Shown here piece after piece: positions 47,011-57,800 of a stretch of 64,000 bases of DNA (position 1 is its first letter; every line of letters begins with the position of its first letter). The position numbers and the translations under genes were made by a program. The stretch is from a virus. The notes under the pieces were generated by a model that was not told where the DNA came from, did not search any database, and saw nothing but the letters and a program-made list of their open reading frames with translations. The stretch spans positions 32,001 through 96,000 of IMG/VR virus record IMGVR_UViG_3300038393_001027; one strand, 5' to 3'.

Positions 47011-47487
47011 TTAGATGCCCTTCACCTTGTCGATCTCGGCCTGAATCTTGGCGATGCCCCAGTTACCCTTGGCCGGGATGCCCAGCGTATGAGCCTCCTC
47101 GATCAAGGCCTTCTTCAGGTCAACATCGTTCTCAGCCGGGGTCGGCGGAAGCGGAGCACCATCGCCATCCGTCTTCTCCGTAACAGGGTCTTCCTGCGCT
47201 GGGGCCGGGGTGGTATCTTCAGCGTTCTTCTCAGGCGCCGGGGTCTCCTGCGCCGGGGCCGGGGTCTCCTGCGCCGGGGCGGGCGGCGGTGCCACCTTCA
47301 CGGGGGTTTGGGGCGGCGCCGGGGTGTTGTCGTCATCCGGCAGGACCGTGTAACCAACGGCCTTCGCTTGGTTCAGGACGTTCTCGTCATCGTTCACGGT
47401 CCCGGTACCCTGCAGGAACTCGACCGCCGTTCCGGCGATATAGACGATGCCACTGAAGGTCTTGTTCTCAAGCTCAATCTTCGGCAT
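47011..47487 (-). CDS. Hypothetical head-associated protein with PAPAQE repeats
   Basis: GAGGAGG RBS; three PAPAQE repeats; short helical C-terminal domain. Confidence 0.65.
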   Translation of the reverse strand: MPKIELENKTFSGIVYIAGTAVEFLQGTGTVNDDENVLNQAKAVGYTVLPDDDNTPAPPQTPVKVAPPPAPAQETPAPAQETPAPEKNAEDTTPAPAQEDPVTEKTDGDGAPLPPTPAENDVDLKKALIEEAHTLGIPAKGNWGIAKIQAEIDKVKGI

Positions 47488-47510
47488 GTAGGTGTCCTCC
47501 TCTCATTATC

Positions 47511-47546
47511 AAAAGAGGGGCAGGGCCTATGACCCCGCCCCTCTTT
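47511..47546 (-). terminator. Intrinsic terminator after major capsid gene
   Basis: AAAGAGGGGC..GCCCCTCTTT stem with U tract. Confidence 0.7.
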
Positions 47547-47562
47547 GGCGCCGCTTCCGTTA

Positions 47563-49008
47563 TTAGGCGTTCAGGGCGTCGTGCATGGCGCCCGGATCGA
47601 AGCCCGGCACCCAGCCGATGTTCTTGATGACGACAAACCGCTTGGCGTTGTACACCACGGGCATGCCGAACATCAGAATCATGAAGCGCTCGGCCGCAGA
47701 GATGCGGGCCAGCGGGAGCTTCATGAGCGGGGCAAGCTGGAAGAACCGAGCGGCCTGCTCCGGATCGAAGTCACCGATCAGGCACCGCGACGTACCGGGG
47801 ATGTCGAAGTTCCGATCCACGATGACGGTCGTCGCACCCGCAGTGGCCTTGATGTCGAAGGCGTGCATGGCCTTGGTCGAACCGCCGATCAGCGAGCGGT
47901 AGACCTTGTAGTACCGGACACCCGCCGGGTTGGTGACGGTGATGGTGACCGCCTGACCAGACGCAACAGCGACGGTACCCGTGACCGGGGTAGACCAGCC
48001 CTTGGCGTTGACAGCCACGATGCTGTAGGTGTGCGTACCAGCATCGCCAGCCGCGAACTTCGAGGTAGCGTCAGCACCCGCCGTGATGGCTCCAGAAAGG
48101 GTCGGCGCAGACGGCGCCTCAGCGCTGGAAGCGCTGGTCGGGGCAACCTCGCCCTTCTGGATGAAGAGGTTGTTCTCGAAGGGGATGGTGCCATGGGCCG
48201 ATTCGTACTCCTTGATCGGAGCACCAAGCTTCCCGTTGACAGCGCCCCACGTCGCCCGGCGGAAGTTGGTGGCCGGGTCGGCGCCGTCGCCCATGACGAG
48301 GGTCGCCAGAGCGGCCTTGTCGTAGTTGTTGAAGTAGGCGACTTCCGGGGCGCCATAGCCCTTGGTGGCGATCAGGTAGGCGGCCGCCTCGAAGACGCCT
48401 TCGTTGACGAACTTACCCCGCATGTCGATGACGTGATTCGGCTCGTCACGCTCGATCTGCGCGAAGAGCCCGTCCCACTGAAGCGGATCAAGCTGGGAGT
48501 CGCCGTAGAACAGGGCGTGCTCGGTCTGCTTGAGAAGCCACGTGGTGCCGTCCTGCGACTGCTTGGTGACCATATCGCCCAGCACGTTGCGAACGAGGGT
48601 GGCGCCGAGGGTGATGCTCCGGGTAGTACCGAGAAACTTCACCATCGCGCTCCGGCGCTCCCAAGACGAGTCTTCCTCGTTCGGCAGGCCGCCGTCGATC
48701 ATAAACGGGCTGGACTTGCCACCGAAGGAGACCATGCGGTTGTACTCCTCAGTGGTGTTGTAGGCCGGACGCTTGCCCAGCTTCTTGAAGAGCTTCACGT
48801 GCCGCTCAGTGGCGAGGGAGATCTTCATGGTAGCTTCCAGCGACTGGGGGCGCAGGACGCTCATGTCGCCGCCGTACTGGCCGTAGGCCTCACCAGCCTG
48901 CCCGGTACCAAGCGCCTTGTTCAGTTCAGCCACGTTTTCGGCAGTATCGACACCCCAACCAGACAGGTTCAGGTGCCCAAACTGCTCAATCCCAAGGACA
49001 TCAGCCAT
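47563..49008 (-). CDS. Major capsid protein
   Basis: LR.QSLE..E.ALFYGDS..DGL..VID.RG..QLAP.MK.PLA..KN, Twort/SPO1-like. Confidence 0.9.
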   Translation of the reverse strand: MADVLGIEQFGHLNLSGWGVDTAENVAELNKALGTGQAGEAYGQYGGDMSVLRPQSLEATMKISLATERHVKLFKKLGKRPAYNTTEEYNRMVSFGGKSSPFMIDGGLPNEEDSSWERRSAMVKFLGTTRSITLGATLVRNVLGDMVTKQSQDGTTWLLKQTEHALFYGDSQLDPLQWDGLFAQIERDEPNHVIDMRGKFVNEGVFEAAAYLIATKGYGAPEVAYFNNYDKAALATLVMGDGADPATNFRRATWGAVNGKLGAPIKEYESAHGTIPFENNLFIQKGEVAPTSASSAEAPSAPTLSGAITAGADATSKFAAGDAGTHTYSIVAVNAKGWSTPVTGTVAVASGQAVTITVTNPAGVRYYKVYRSLIGGSTKAMHAFDIKATAGATTVIVDRNFDIPGTSRCLIGDFDPEQAARFFQLAPLMKLPLARISAAERFMILMFGMPVVYNAKRFVVIKNIGWVPGFDPGAMHDALNA

Positions 49009-49050
49009 GCTCGTTCATCTCCTTCCTATTGTCAGCGAGAGTTGGTGGTG

Positions 49051-49740
49051 TTAGAGGGAGATGCCGATGGCAGACGCCACCTGCGGGCTCAACGCGCCCG
49101 TAACCTCGTAGCGGGTTACCTCGGCAGAGTCGATCTTGCCCGCAACAGCCGCCTCGACCAGCTTGTCCGAAATCTGGGCAGGCGTCAGGCCGGAACCGGA
49201 CTGGGCGTCCTGTTGGCCGCCGATGGACTTGCGCAGAGTCTGGATTTCGCGGGTATTAACCACCGCCCGGCGCCCGGTCGGGGCCTCCGTCAGGCTCTTC
49301 AGCAGGTCGTGGACCTCAGTCATCTGGGCCTTCAGGGTCGTGTTCTCCTCCACGAGACCCTTAACCACCTGACCCACAACACCAAGGCTCTTGGCGAGAC
49401 TGATGTTGAAGCTCTTCTGGGTGTCCAGCGACTTGCTCAAAGTGGCGCTGAAGCCGTCCACCGTGTCACCAAGCTGAGTCACAAGGGCTTCAAGGAAGTC
49501 GCTGACCTCAAGAGCGGCTGGGACGTCTGCATGGGACTTGATCAGGTCGTCGGCGAAGGACTTCTCGGACTCATCGTCCTCGTCAGCCTCCTCACCAGCG
49601 CCCTCGTCCTCATCCGGCTCCCACTCCTCATCACCAGCGCCCGACTTATCGCCAGACTCCTGCGACTCGGACTGGTCACCTTCTGCAGACTTCAGAAGCT
49701 CATCAAGGCTGACATCAAGGCTCTTAGCCAGATCCTCCAT
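49051..49740 (-). CDS. Scaffold protein from an internal in-frame start
   Basis: GGAGGTG 8 nt before ATG at 49740 (MEDLAKS). Confidence 0.6.
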   Translation of the reverse strand: MEDLAKSLDVSLDELLKSAEGDQSESQESGDKSGAGDEEWEPDEDEGAGEEADEDDESEKSFADDLIKSHADVPAALEVSDFLEALVTQLGDTVDGFSATLSKSLDTQKSFNISLAKSLGVVGQVVKGLVEENTTLKAQMTEVHDLLKSLTEAPTGRRAVVNTREIQTLRKSIGGQQDAQSGSGLTPAQISDKLVEAAVAGKIDSAEVTRYEVTGALSPQVASAIGISL

Positions 49741-50631
49741 ACCTAGTTCACCTCCTGCCAGCCTTTCAGCTAGGCTTTTTAGCAAAACCGCCCGGTCGTA
49801 ACCGTAGCGGGCCGCTTCCTCTGCTACATCGGGGCTGTCAGCCAGCAAGTACAGATCGGTGGCGATCCGCTCTGGCGTGAAAGTCTCGATAGCCTTCTTC
49901 AGCCCCATGGCCCGGTGCATTCCACCCAGCCAGCGGCCAACTACCAGACGTACCCGCCGGGCAAAGTCGTTGTAGGCGGCGTTGGGGTCGCCGTCGCCTT
50001 CCAAGCTTTCCGGCATGATGGCCGCCATCCCCGCGGTGTCCAGCGAGAACTCCAGCGGGTCCTCCGTCCAGTCAAACGACTTGGCGATACGCGCCCAAGC
50101 CCCTGAATCCACCGGGTTCATGGTCAGCGCCACGTTCCGGATGATCGACTTGGTGACCCGGCCGGGGTCGTTGGGATCCCGCTTCACGGCGCCACCTTCG
50201 ATGGAGAAGCCCATCCGGCGGCTTGCGCCGGACTTTTCGAGCGTTTCCATCTGCTCGACAATCTTCTTGGTGTACTTGTGCTTGCCGTAGAGCATCCCCT
50301 TGATGAAGAAGCCCTCTGGCGTGATGCGGGCCTCCAGTGGTTCACCAACGAACTGATCAGGCTGAACGATGCCCTTTCTGTCGTGGTGCTCCCATTTGAT
50401 GTGACCCTTCTTTAGGAAGTAGCTGTAGTCAATCCCTTCAGGGACCAACTGCTCATCCTGCTCGTCCCGGCGCCCGGTGTTGGCGACGCCTTCGACGTAG
50501 ACGTTGCCCGTCACCGGATCAACGGTGGACTTGGTGATCTCAACGCCCCATACGAGGCGGTCTTCCGGGCGAATTTCGGTCGTTTCCGTCGGACTCACCC
50601 CCTGAGAAAAACATGAAACGGCCTCGCCCAT
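49051..50631 (-). CDS. Prohead protease fused in frame to scaffold protein (start uncertain)
   Basis: EG.A..D.Q.E..P.GID.SYF..G.I.WEH..GFSIEG..NVA.T.NP protease motifs; acidic/coiled-coil C-terminal half. Confidence 0.8.
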   Translation of the reverse strand: MGEAVSCFSQGVSPTETTEIRPEDRLVWGVEITKSTVDPVTGNVYVEGVANTGRRDEQDEQLVPEGIDYSYFLKKGHIKWEHHDRKGIVQPDQFVGEPLEARITPEGFFIKGMLYGKHKYTKKIVEQMETLEKSGASRRMGFSIEGGAVKRDPNDPGRVTKSIIRNVALTMNPVDSGAWARIAKSFDWTEDPLEFSLDTAGMAAIMPESLEGDGDPNAAYNDFARRVRLVVGRWLGGMHRAMGLKKAIETFTPERIATDLYLLADSPDVAEEAARYGYDRAVLLKSLAERLAGGELGMEDLAKSLDVSLDELLKSAEGDQSESQESGDKSGAGDEEWEPDEDEGAGEEADEDDESEKSFADDLIKSHADVPAALEVSDFLEALVTQLGDTVDGFSATLSKSLDTQKSFNISLAKSLGVVGQVVKGLVEENTTLKAQMTEVHDLLKSLTEAPTGRRAVVNTREIQTLRKSIGGQQDAQSGSGLTPAQISDKLVEAAVAGKIDSAEVTRYEVTGALSPQVASAIGISL

Positions 50632-50810
50632 ACCCCTGCCGACGCCCCCAGTTACGGGAGTGAGTGGATGAGGTATGAGCGGGCCGTCCATGAAGGACAC
50701 GATTGTGCCGCTGGAACCAAGATACCACAGGTGGCTAATTGTTGACAATACATCAGGAAGGAAAACCCTCAAAGATGCCCGAATTTGTGCATCAGAAGGG
50801 GGTTTCCGGC

Positions 50811-51359
50811 ATGTACGACGTCATTCTGACCGATCCACCTTGGAAGTATAACGCTGGCTATAAGACCAAAAAGGCTGGTGCCGCCACTGCGCACTACCCT
50901 ACGATGCGACTAGAAGAGCTAAAAAAGCTCCCTGTTGCCAGTCTAGCGGCCTCCAACTGCGCTCTGTTCATGTGGGCTACGAATCCCAAGCTGGGTGAGG
51001 CTGTTGCACTCATGGAAGCTTGGGGCTTCACATATACCACAGTCGCCTTTGTCTGGGTCAAGACCTACAAGGACGGGCGCCCCATCTGCGGGCTAGGACA
51101 CTACACCCGGAGCGCTACAGAGCTTTGCCTGTTGGGCATCCGGGGCAAAATGCCCCGTGACGACAACAAGGTTGGGCAGGTCATCTACGATCTGGTCCGG
51201 GGCCACAGCCGCAAGCCCGACGCACAGTATGAGCGAATCATGGCTCTCTATCAAGGGCGCCGCTACTTGGAGATGTTCGCCCGGCGCCCATGGGAAGGCT
51301 GGGATAGTTGGGGGAACCAGATCGAAAGTGCCCTTGATGCAGTTCAGGTGCTCGGTTAA
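50811..51359 (+). CDS. MT-A70 family DNA methyltransferase
   Basis: DPPW, FVWVK, G.YTR..E, HSRKP, LEMFARR motifs; AAGGGGG RBS. Confidence 0.9.
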   Translation: MYDVILTDPPWKYNAGYKTKKAGAATAHYPTMRLEELKKLPVASLAASNCALFMWATNPKLGEAVALMEAWGFTYTTVAFVWVKTYKDGRPICGLGHYTRSATELCLLGIRGKMPRDDNKVGQVIYDLVRGHSRKPDAQYERIMALYQGRRYLEMFARRPWEGWDSWGNQIESALDAVQVLG

Positions 51360-51391
51360 AAGAAAAACCCCGCCAGATGGCGGGGTTATTT
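51358..51391. terminator. Probable bidirectional terminator between convergent genes
   Basis: AACCCCGCCA/TGGCGGGGTT stem flanked by A- and T-rich tracts. Confidence 0.7.
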
Positions 51392-51595
51392 CGTTATCAC
51401 GTGGCGGATGGTGGGCGCCAGCCGCACCGGGATCTCGACACCCCGTTTGCACTGAGGGCACTTTCCGATGGCCTTGCCGTCTGTCCGGAAGGTGGTAAGC
51501 CGTGTGAGCAGATGGAGATTCCCTTCCTCATCGCGGGTCATGAGGCTCTTCCCGCAGTGCGGGCAGGTCTTCTCGTAGTCGCTCACACGGTCCAC
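51386..51595 (-). CDS. Small Zn-ribbon protein
   Basis: CPHC..CPQC. Confidence 0.6.
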   Translation of the reverse strand: MDRVSDYEKTCPHCGKSLMTRDEEGNLHLLTRLTTFRTDGKAIGKCPQCKRGVEIPVRLAPTIRHVITK

Positions 51596-51598
51596 CCT

Positions 51599-51850
51599 TT
51601 ACTTGGAAGTTTGGAGGTACGGGGCCGCCTCAGGCGGCGGGGTGATGTCGTGCTTCTGCATGGCCGGGGCCAGCTTCTGCCAGATGGCGGCGATCGTCTC
51701 TTCACAAGTCTGCGGGTCATGAGCCATTTCCCGCCGGAAGCCGGGGATCCCCTGCCGGAAGTACTGCACCGTAGCGGCTACTTCCTTGGGACCCTCGTTC
51801 TCGATGCCCTTATACATGGCAACGTTGAACCGGGGTTCCTTGTTCGCCAC
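51599..51850 (-). CDS. Hypothetical protein
   Basis: GAGGAGG RBS, GTG start. Confidence 0.6.
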   Translation of the reverse strand: MANKEPRFNVAMYKGIENEGPKEVAATVQYFRQGIPGFRREMAHDPQTCEETIAAIWQKLAPAMQKHDITPPPEAAPYLQTSK

Positions 51851-51856
51851 GGTGCC

Positions 51857-54800
51857 CTACCTCCTCAGCAAGATAACGTGTGCAAGGTTGCCAAAGGACT
51901 TCGCCACGGCCAGTTCCCGTTCCTTCTGGGTGAAGCCGTGCTTCTCTGCCAGCCGGGCGGCCTGCGCCTCCAACTGGTCGGCCCGGCGGTTCAGGTTCTT
52001 CTGATGGACCTTCCAAGCCTGCGTGCTGAGCATTTCCGTGTAGTTCTCGCTGACCATCTTCCGCTGTTCGGGGTCCCACACCTTGCGGGTGCGCTCCTGA
52101 TAGCGGTTCTGGGCGTTCTTCCGGACGTCAGCCGCCATCCGGGTCAGCGACTCGTGCTTGCGCCGGGCCGCTTCCACCGGGTCAGCCTTGGACGCCTTCT
52201 GGGCACCGAAGCGCTTGTGCTCGCCTGCCAGCGCCGCCTTGTAGCCCGGCCCGGCCGGAACGTCACCGACGAAGCCTTCAGCCGCTCGGGTAGCCTGCTC
52301 AACCGCTTGGATGTTGGAAACCTTGCGGTCGTGTGCGTTCAGGATGTCGTTGTGGATCGTACCCGGAAGGAAGGGTGACTCGACGGATACCGTGTTGTCA
52401 GCGCCCAGCGCCGCCCGCTTCCCCTTGGAGTCGGAGCGCCGGGTACGGGCAACCTTCTGCGCCGTCTTCTGCGGGTTCCATTCGTGGTCAAGGCTCAGGA
52501 ACAGTTGGCCTGTACCGAAGTCCTTGCCCTCCTTGGCCGCCGAAGACATGATCATAATGTTGGGGCCGTTCCGGTCGTTGAACGTAGCGGCGCCCTGATC
52601 ACGGGTCACGGCGTCATCCTCACCCGTGTAGGTGGCATGCTTCAGCTTTGGGTAGTCGCGTTGGATCTCCCGCACGACGTTCTCCAGCACCTTGGTGCCC
52701 AGCGCCACGTACTGCGACGACAGGACAATCTTCGGCGGGACTTCTGGCTGACCAGCCGCCCGGCGGTTAGCATTTAGCTCTTCAAGGGCGCCCAAGTGCT
52801 TGCGGATGCGCTCACCCATCCATTTTGCCATGGGGCTGTTCTTGTGGAGCGGTACGAACTTCTTGCCATCCATCACACCGTGGAAGCCCGTCTTGGGGTC
52901 CGTATGCAGGGCCGCCACAGCCGCCGCCTCAGCGCCTGCGTCAAGCTCGTCGCCCGCATTCTTGAGCGCCCGTGCGTACTCCGTGTGTCGATGCAGGGCC
53001 TCCCAAGCGTCTGGGGCGTTCATGAACTGCTGAAGCTTGTTCACACCAGACAGGTAGCCCGTAGCAGATGACCCAGCGGCGTTGTCATAGCCCGTTGCCG
53101 CGTCGCCGCGAAGCTTGGAAAGCTCGTTGGCGCCCATCAGGTCCTTCTCAAGCTTGAAGTACCGCTCGTAGAAGTTCTTGTGGAAGTCGTCTAGCTGGTT
53201 CAGATCCGGGGTGTACATGTTGTAGTCGGCGCCCGACTTCAACTGCTCCACCTTGGTATTGAAGTGGGGGTGAACCGGGACCTTGGCGCCGTGGAAAGCG
53301 TTCGGCTCACCCACAACACCCTCTGGCCGGGCGATGTCAGGGAACTCAACGCCCACATCCTCACCCTTGCGGAATTGGACGTACTTCGCCAGCGTCTTGC
53401 CCAGTTCCTCCATCTTGTCCGGGTGGACCCGGATGACCTTGCCGCCCTTGCGCTCGAAGAAGTTGTTTAGGAACTCCTCCTTCGAACCAAGCCCGTGCTG
53501 GCCCATCGTACCCATGTTGACGAGGTTCCAAAGCTCCGTCGGGTCGTTCTCCATCGGCGTGCCCGACAGACCCCAGACGTTCTGGACGCCCTTGGCGCCC
53601 GCCACATCCTGCAGGGCCGTACCGCGCGAGCCGTCAGGCTTCTTCAGGTTGTGAACCTCATCCAGTACCATCGTGTCGAAGTCGCCCCCGGTGAACAGGT
53701 GGGCGTTCTTGGCGAAGAAGTCCTGCGACACAACGATGACGTCATGGTCCACTGTGCTCATGTCCAGTGGAGACTTGTCACTGTGCGCCAGATAGGGCGC
53801 CCGCAGGTCCTCTTCTGGTGTCACCGTACCAAACATGCCGCCCCGGCCGCCGCTAGGACCGCCAACCACGGCGATCTTGACGTTGGTGTGTCGCTTGAAC
53901 TCCTTCAGCCAGTCCGATCGGATGCCTGACGGCGCCACGATAACGGACTTCTTCTGGGGCAGACCCGCCGCCTCAGCTTCAGCCATCTTGTCCACGATGC
54001 CCAAGACGCCTAGCTGGGTCTTGCCCGTGCCCATGCCGTGTCCAGCGACGCCACGCTTGCGGGTGCGCAGAAAGTGCACGCCCTGAAGCTGTGTGTCGTA
54101 AAACTGCTGGGTGGTCCACTTCTTGGAGTCTTCTTTGAGCAGGCGCTTGAGCGCTTCCGCCTTCTTCCCGCCCGCCTTGACGATCTCAGCAGGCTGGTAC
54201 TTGGCCGCACGCTCTTCCTTGGTCAGGAAGCCTTCCGGCCGCGACTGCTCTTCAAGGTACTTGTTGGTAACCTCGTTGGCCTTGTCGGTCAGGGTGAAGC
54301 CGCCAAAGACCTCACGGAACTTGTCGAACTGGGCCAGCGACATCTTGGCCTGCCCGTTCTTGTCCACGGGGAGCTTCAGGTCCTCCGTGAACGTCTGCCG
54401 GAAGGCCTCCGGCACATGGGCAACCAGATGATCCTTGCCCCAGTCCAGAAGCGGCAGTGAGCCAGTCAGGGTGTCACGCTTGCGCACGTGGCTAAGCTGG
54501 GCGTTGTCGGTGCTGACCTTGAAGGTTTGGTCACCAACTCGGACGCGCATAACGCCCGTCTTCTCGCCATCATGCACATATTCATGCTCGATGACGCCTT
54601 CCTGCCACTTCGACTGGCCCTTCATCCGGAAGCGGATCCCGTTGCCCTCTTCGTGGGCAACCTTCTTCATGGCCGTGGTCTTGGTCTTTCCCTCAACCAG
54701 CTTGCCATTCTTGAACAGGGCCTTTTGCTTCTGCGCCGGGTCAGTTAGATCCGCTGAATCGGCGTAGAGCATCCCATCCCATGGGCCGCCGACAACGGTT

Positions 54801-57800
54801 GGGGTCCCCAGACCGTTGAACTGAAGCTGTAGATGGTGGTGGGCGCCCTTACCAGCCTCCCACTGCGAGTTGCTGATCGTCACCCATGCTTTGCGGCCGA
54901 TCGACTGGGTGATGGCAAAGTCCAGATCAAACTGAGACTGGATCCCGTTTGGCATGGAAGACGTGTTGAGCAACTGGCGCATCACCGGGTCCGTTAGCTG
55001 ACCGTCAGCGCCTACATGGTAGGTAGCAATCCGGCCGTCCGGCATGCGCTTCTTGAAGGTGATCGACCCGTCATCGGCCACTTTGGGTACCAGATCTTCG
55101 GCCCGGCTCAGTTCCCGCTTGGCGGCCTTGCGCTGGACGTCGGCGGCGGCGTTATCCGTCTTCGACAGGACGCCGCTCCATTCATCCTCCGTCAAAACGG
55201 CCAGCTTGTGCGTGTCCTTGTCGGCGTAGTCGGCCCCGTACGCCCACTTCTCCATCAGTTCGGGGAGCATCAAGCCCTTCTTCCCGCCTGTGGTCCCGTG
55301 GACCTTATCGTAGGCCTCCTGCCCGCCCTTGGCGTCGTAGAGCATACCCAGCAGAGCGCCATAGCTCGACTCGTGCTTCGATACACCCTTGCCGCCTGCG
55401 TCATCGATGGACCAGACGTCACCCAACTGGGACGTCAAACCCTCGCCGCCCTTGGCGCCCTTGTCAGCCGCCTTACCCAGCTTGATCTCAAAGGCAACGC
55501 GCTTTCCGTTTGGCCCGGTTGCCATGTAGTAGCCGGGCGGCAGATAGCGGCGGCCTTCTTTGATCTGCTTGAAGTCGTCAGTAGAGCGGAACTGGTCCCG
55601 ATGCTCCATGAAGCGTCGCCGCAGTTCTTCCACATCGTCCGTTACGTGGGCGGTCTTGGCGTCACGTGCTGACGCCGCATCCTGCTGGGCAAGCTCTTCC
55701 CCAACATCGTCGGTCTTCTCGTGGAAGTCATGCTCGGCCCGGACCTCGCCCTCATCATCTAGCTCCTGATGCTTGCCGGACTCCGGGTTGTACCCGGAGT
55801 CTGCATCACCAGAGTCATAGAGGATGGAAGGATTGTCCCCGCCCTGAATCAGGATGTGGTGACCGCCCCATGTGATCCACGCAGAACCGGGGTTGTCCTG
55901 CAGGAGTTGCTCCGACCAAGTAAGGGCGCCTGACTTCTGGCTGAGCCGCCCCTGCTGGTCTTTCACATGGGACTCAAATCGTTGGCGGCCTGCACCACGG
56001 ACCCACTCACGCACCTTCTGGTTGCGCCGGGTCCGATCCACCGCCGACAGATGGCCGTTCGTGCCCATCGACTTCTGCAGGAAGTCAGCCGTGCTGATGG
56101 CCTTCTCCAGCAGGGAATCCGCCGGGAGGATCGGCTCGCCCAGCGTCAGGATGACGCCTTCAGCACCGTGCGCCCGTACAGTCGTCATGATGTACTCAGT
56201 TGGACCCAGCCTGTCGGCGATGGCATCCAGCGACTTGACCACGATCTGCCGGGTGGGCGCCCAGTCACAGACCGACATGTCCAGCCCGTAAGCGGCCAGC
56301 GCGTCTTCCAGATCGGACTCAAAGAGCGACTTCAGCAGGGTGTTTCCCAGCCCAAAGCCCTTCATAACCAGTTCCTTGATGTGGCTAACCGCATCAGGGT
56401 TCTTGGTCACGTAGTCCTTCAGCTTCTTCAGACCCCGGCTGTACCGCTGGCGGGCGTTGTCGTGACTGATGCCCAGCGCCTGCGCAACGGCCGGGAAGTC
56501 GATCAGTTCGGCGCTACGCATGCCAGAACCAAGTCCGTGGCGTGCCTGAATGACGGCCAGTTCGTTCTTGTCCAGCCCGGCATCGTTCAGGATGGCGTTC
56601 AGACCAGCCTTCTGCGCCTTCCGGACCTCGCCCGCCATGGCCTGCCGTTCCGTGTCGTTCTCACCCGCAACCTGCTCGTGCTTGGCGATGGCCTTGTCGG
56701 GGTGATCAGCGTCGGTCACGTTCCGGTCAAGGCTGGTCGTCTTGTTCAGGTGGTACAGTGACTCCATGGCCGCTACCTTGTCGCCCGTGGCGGTCAGGTA
56801 CTCACCGCGCTTGCCCGGCTTGAGGAGCTTGACGTCAGCCCACTCAGGCTTGTTGGCGTCCAGCCAATCCCCGATGTTCGCCCGGTTGGCCGTCTTGCCT
56901 TCCTTCTCCAGCGCTGACTTGGCCTGATGGTACATGGCAAGGGGCGCCCGAAGCTCACGGGGGAGCTTGATCTGGTCGAACATGCCGTTGCCGTAGCGGC
57001 TCATCCGCTGTTGGGCTCGGGCGATGGCGTAGTTGGAGGGGTCCCGCAGGGCCTGCAGGCGCTCCAAGTTGCCGTTTTCCTTGTTCTGGTTCCACTCACG
57101 GACGCCTTCCAGCAAACCTGTGCGGAACTCCTGCGCCAAATCGGAGAAGTAGCCTGTGTCGATGCCGCTGATCTTCTCATAGGTCTGCACGTGGTCCAGA
57201 CCCTTGGACTGCATGAACTTCTTCGCCATGTGGCGGGTCATGCCTTCCATACGGTTCACGAAGTCTTCTTCGGTCACATGTGCCAGCCTCTCGAACTGGA
57301 TGGGACCGCCTTCATACTCCCGAACCAGCCGGGGAACTTGGCGCCCGGAAGCGGTCTTTGCCATCTCGATCTTGGGGAGCCTGAAGTCACCCGAGTGCGT
57401 GCGGCCTGCGTTCTGCGCGTCGCCGAACATCTCCGCTACCTTGTCCTGCAGGGTGCCGAAGTCCTCACCTGTGGCCTCCTTCAGGTTGGCAACCTGCTGG
57501 GCGGCCTCCTGCTGGATGGTGTCGGGGGTGTTGGTGCCTTGCTTGTACTTGGCGCCCGTGCCGATGACCTTACCCTCAGCCTTCGTCCGGGTCAGCTTGT
57601 TCTCACCCGTCTTCTGGTCGCGGGTCCACGACGCGACCTCGATCGCCGGAGACTCCTCGATGCGCTTCTTCTCAGCGGCCTTGCGCTGGCGGGCGGCCGT
57701 CTTTTGGGCCTTCTCCTTTGCCGCCGCCGTGCCCTTCTTGTGCGTCTGAAGCCGCTTGGCCGTCTCCTTGCCCGGCTTCAGCGCTTCAGCGGTCACCTTG

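Noticed and set aside
47545-49746. Long plus-strand ORFs (733 aa here; also 60208-62061, 4324-5235, 9367-10356)
   Set aside because: Antisense shadows of GC-rich genes, with no RBS or recognisable motifs
43905-50768. Similar sequences CGTCAGAAGGGAAAACC (minus, ~43905-43922) and CATCAGGAAGGAAAACC (plus, 50751-50767) as a late promoter
   Set aside because: Only two imperfect copies; not enough to define a motif
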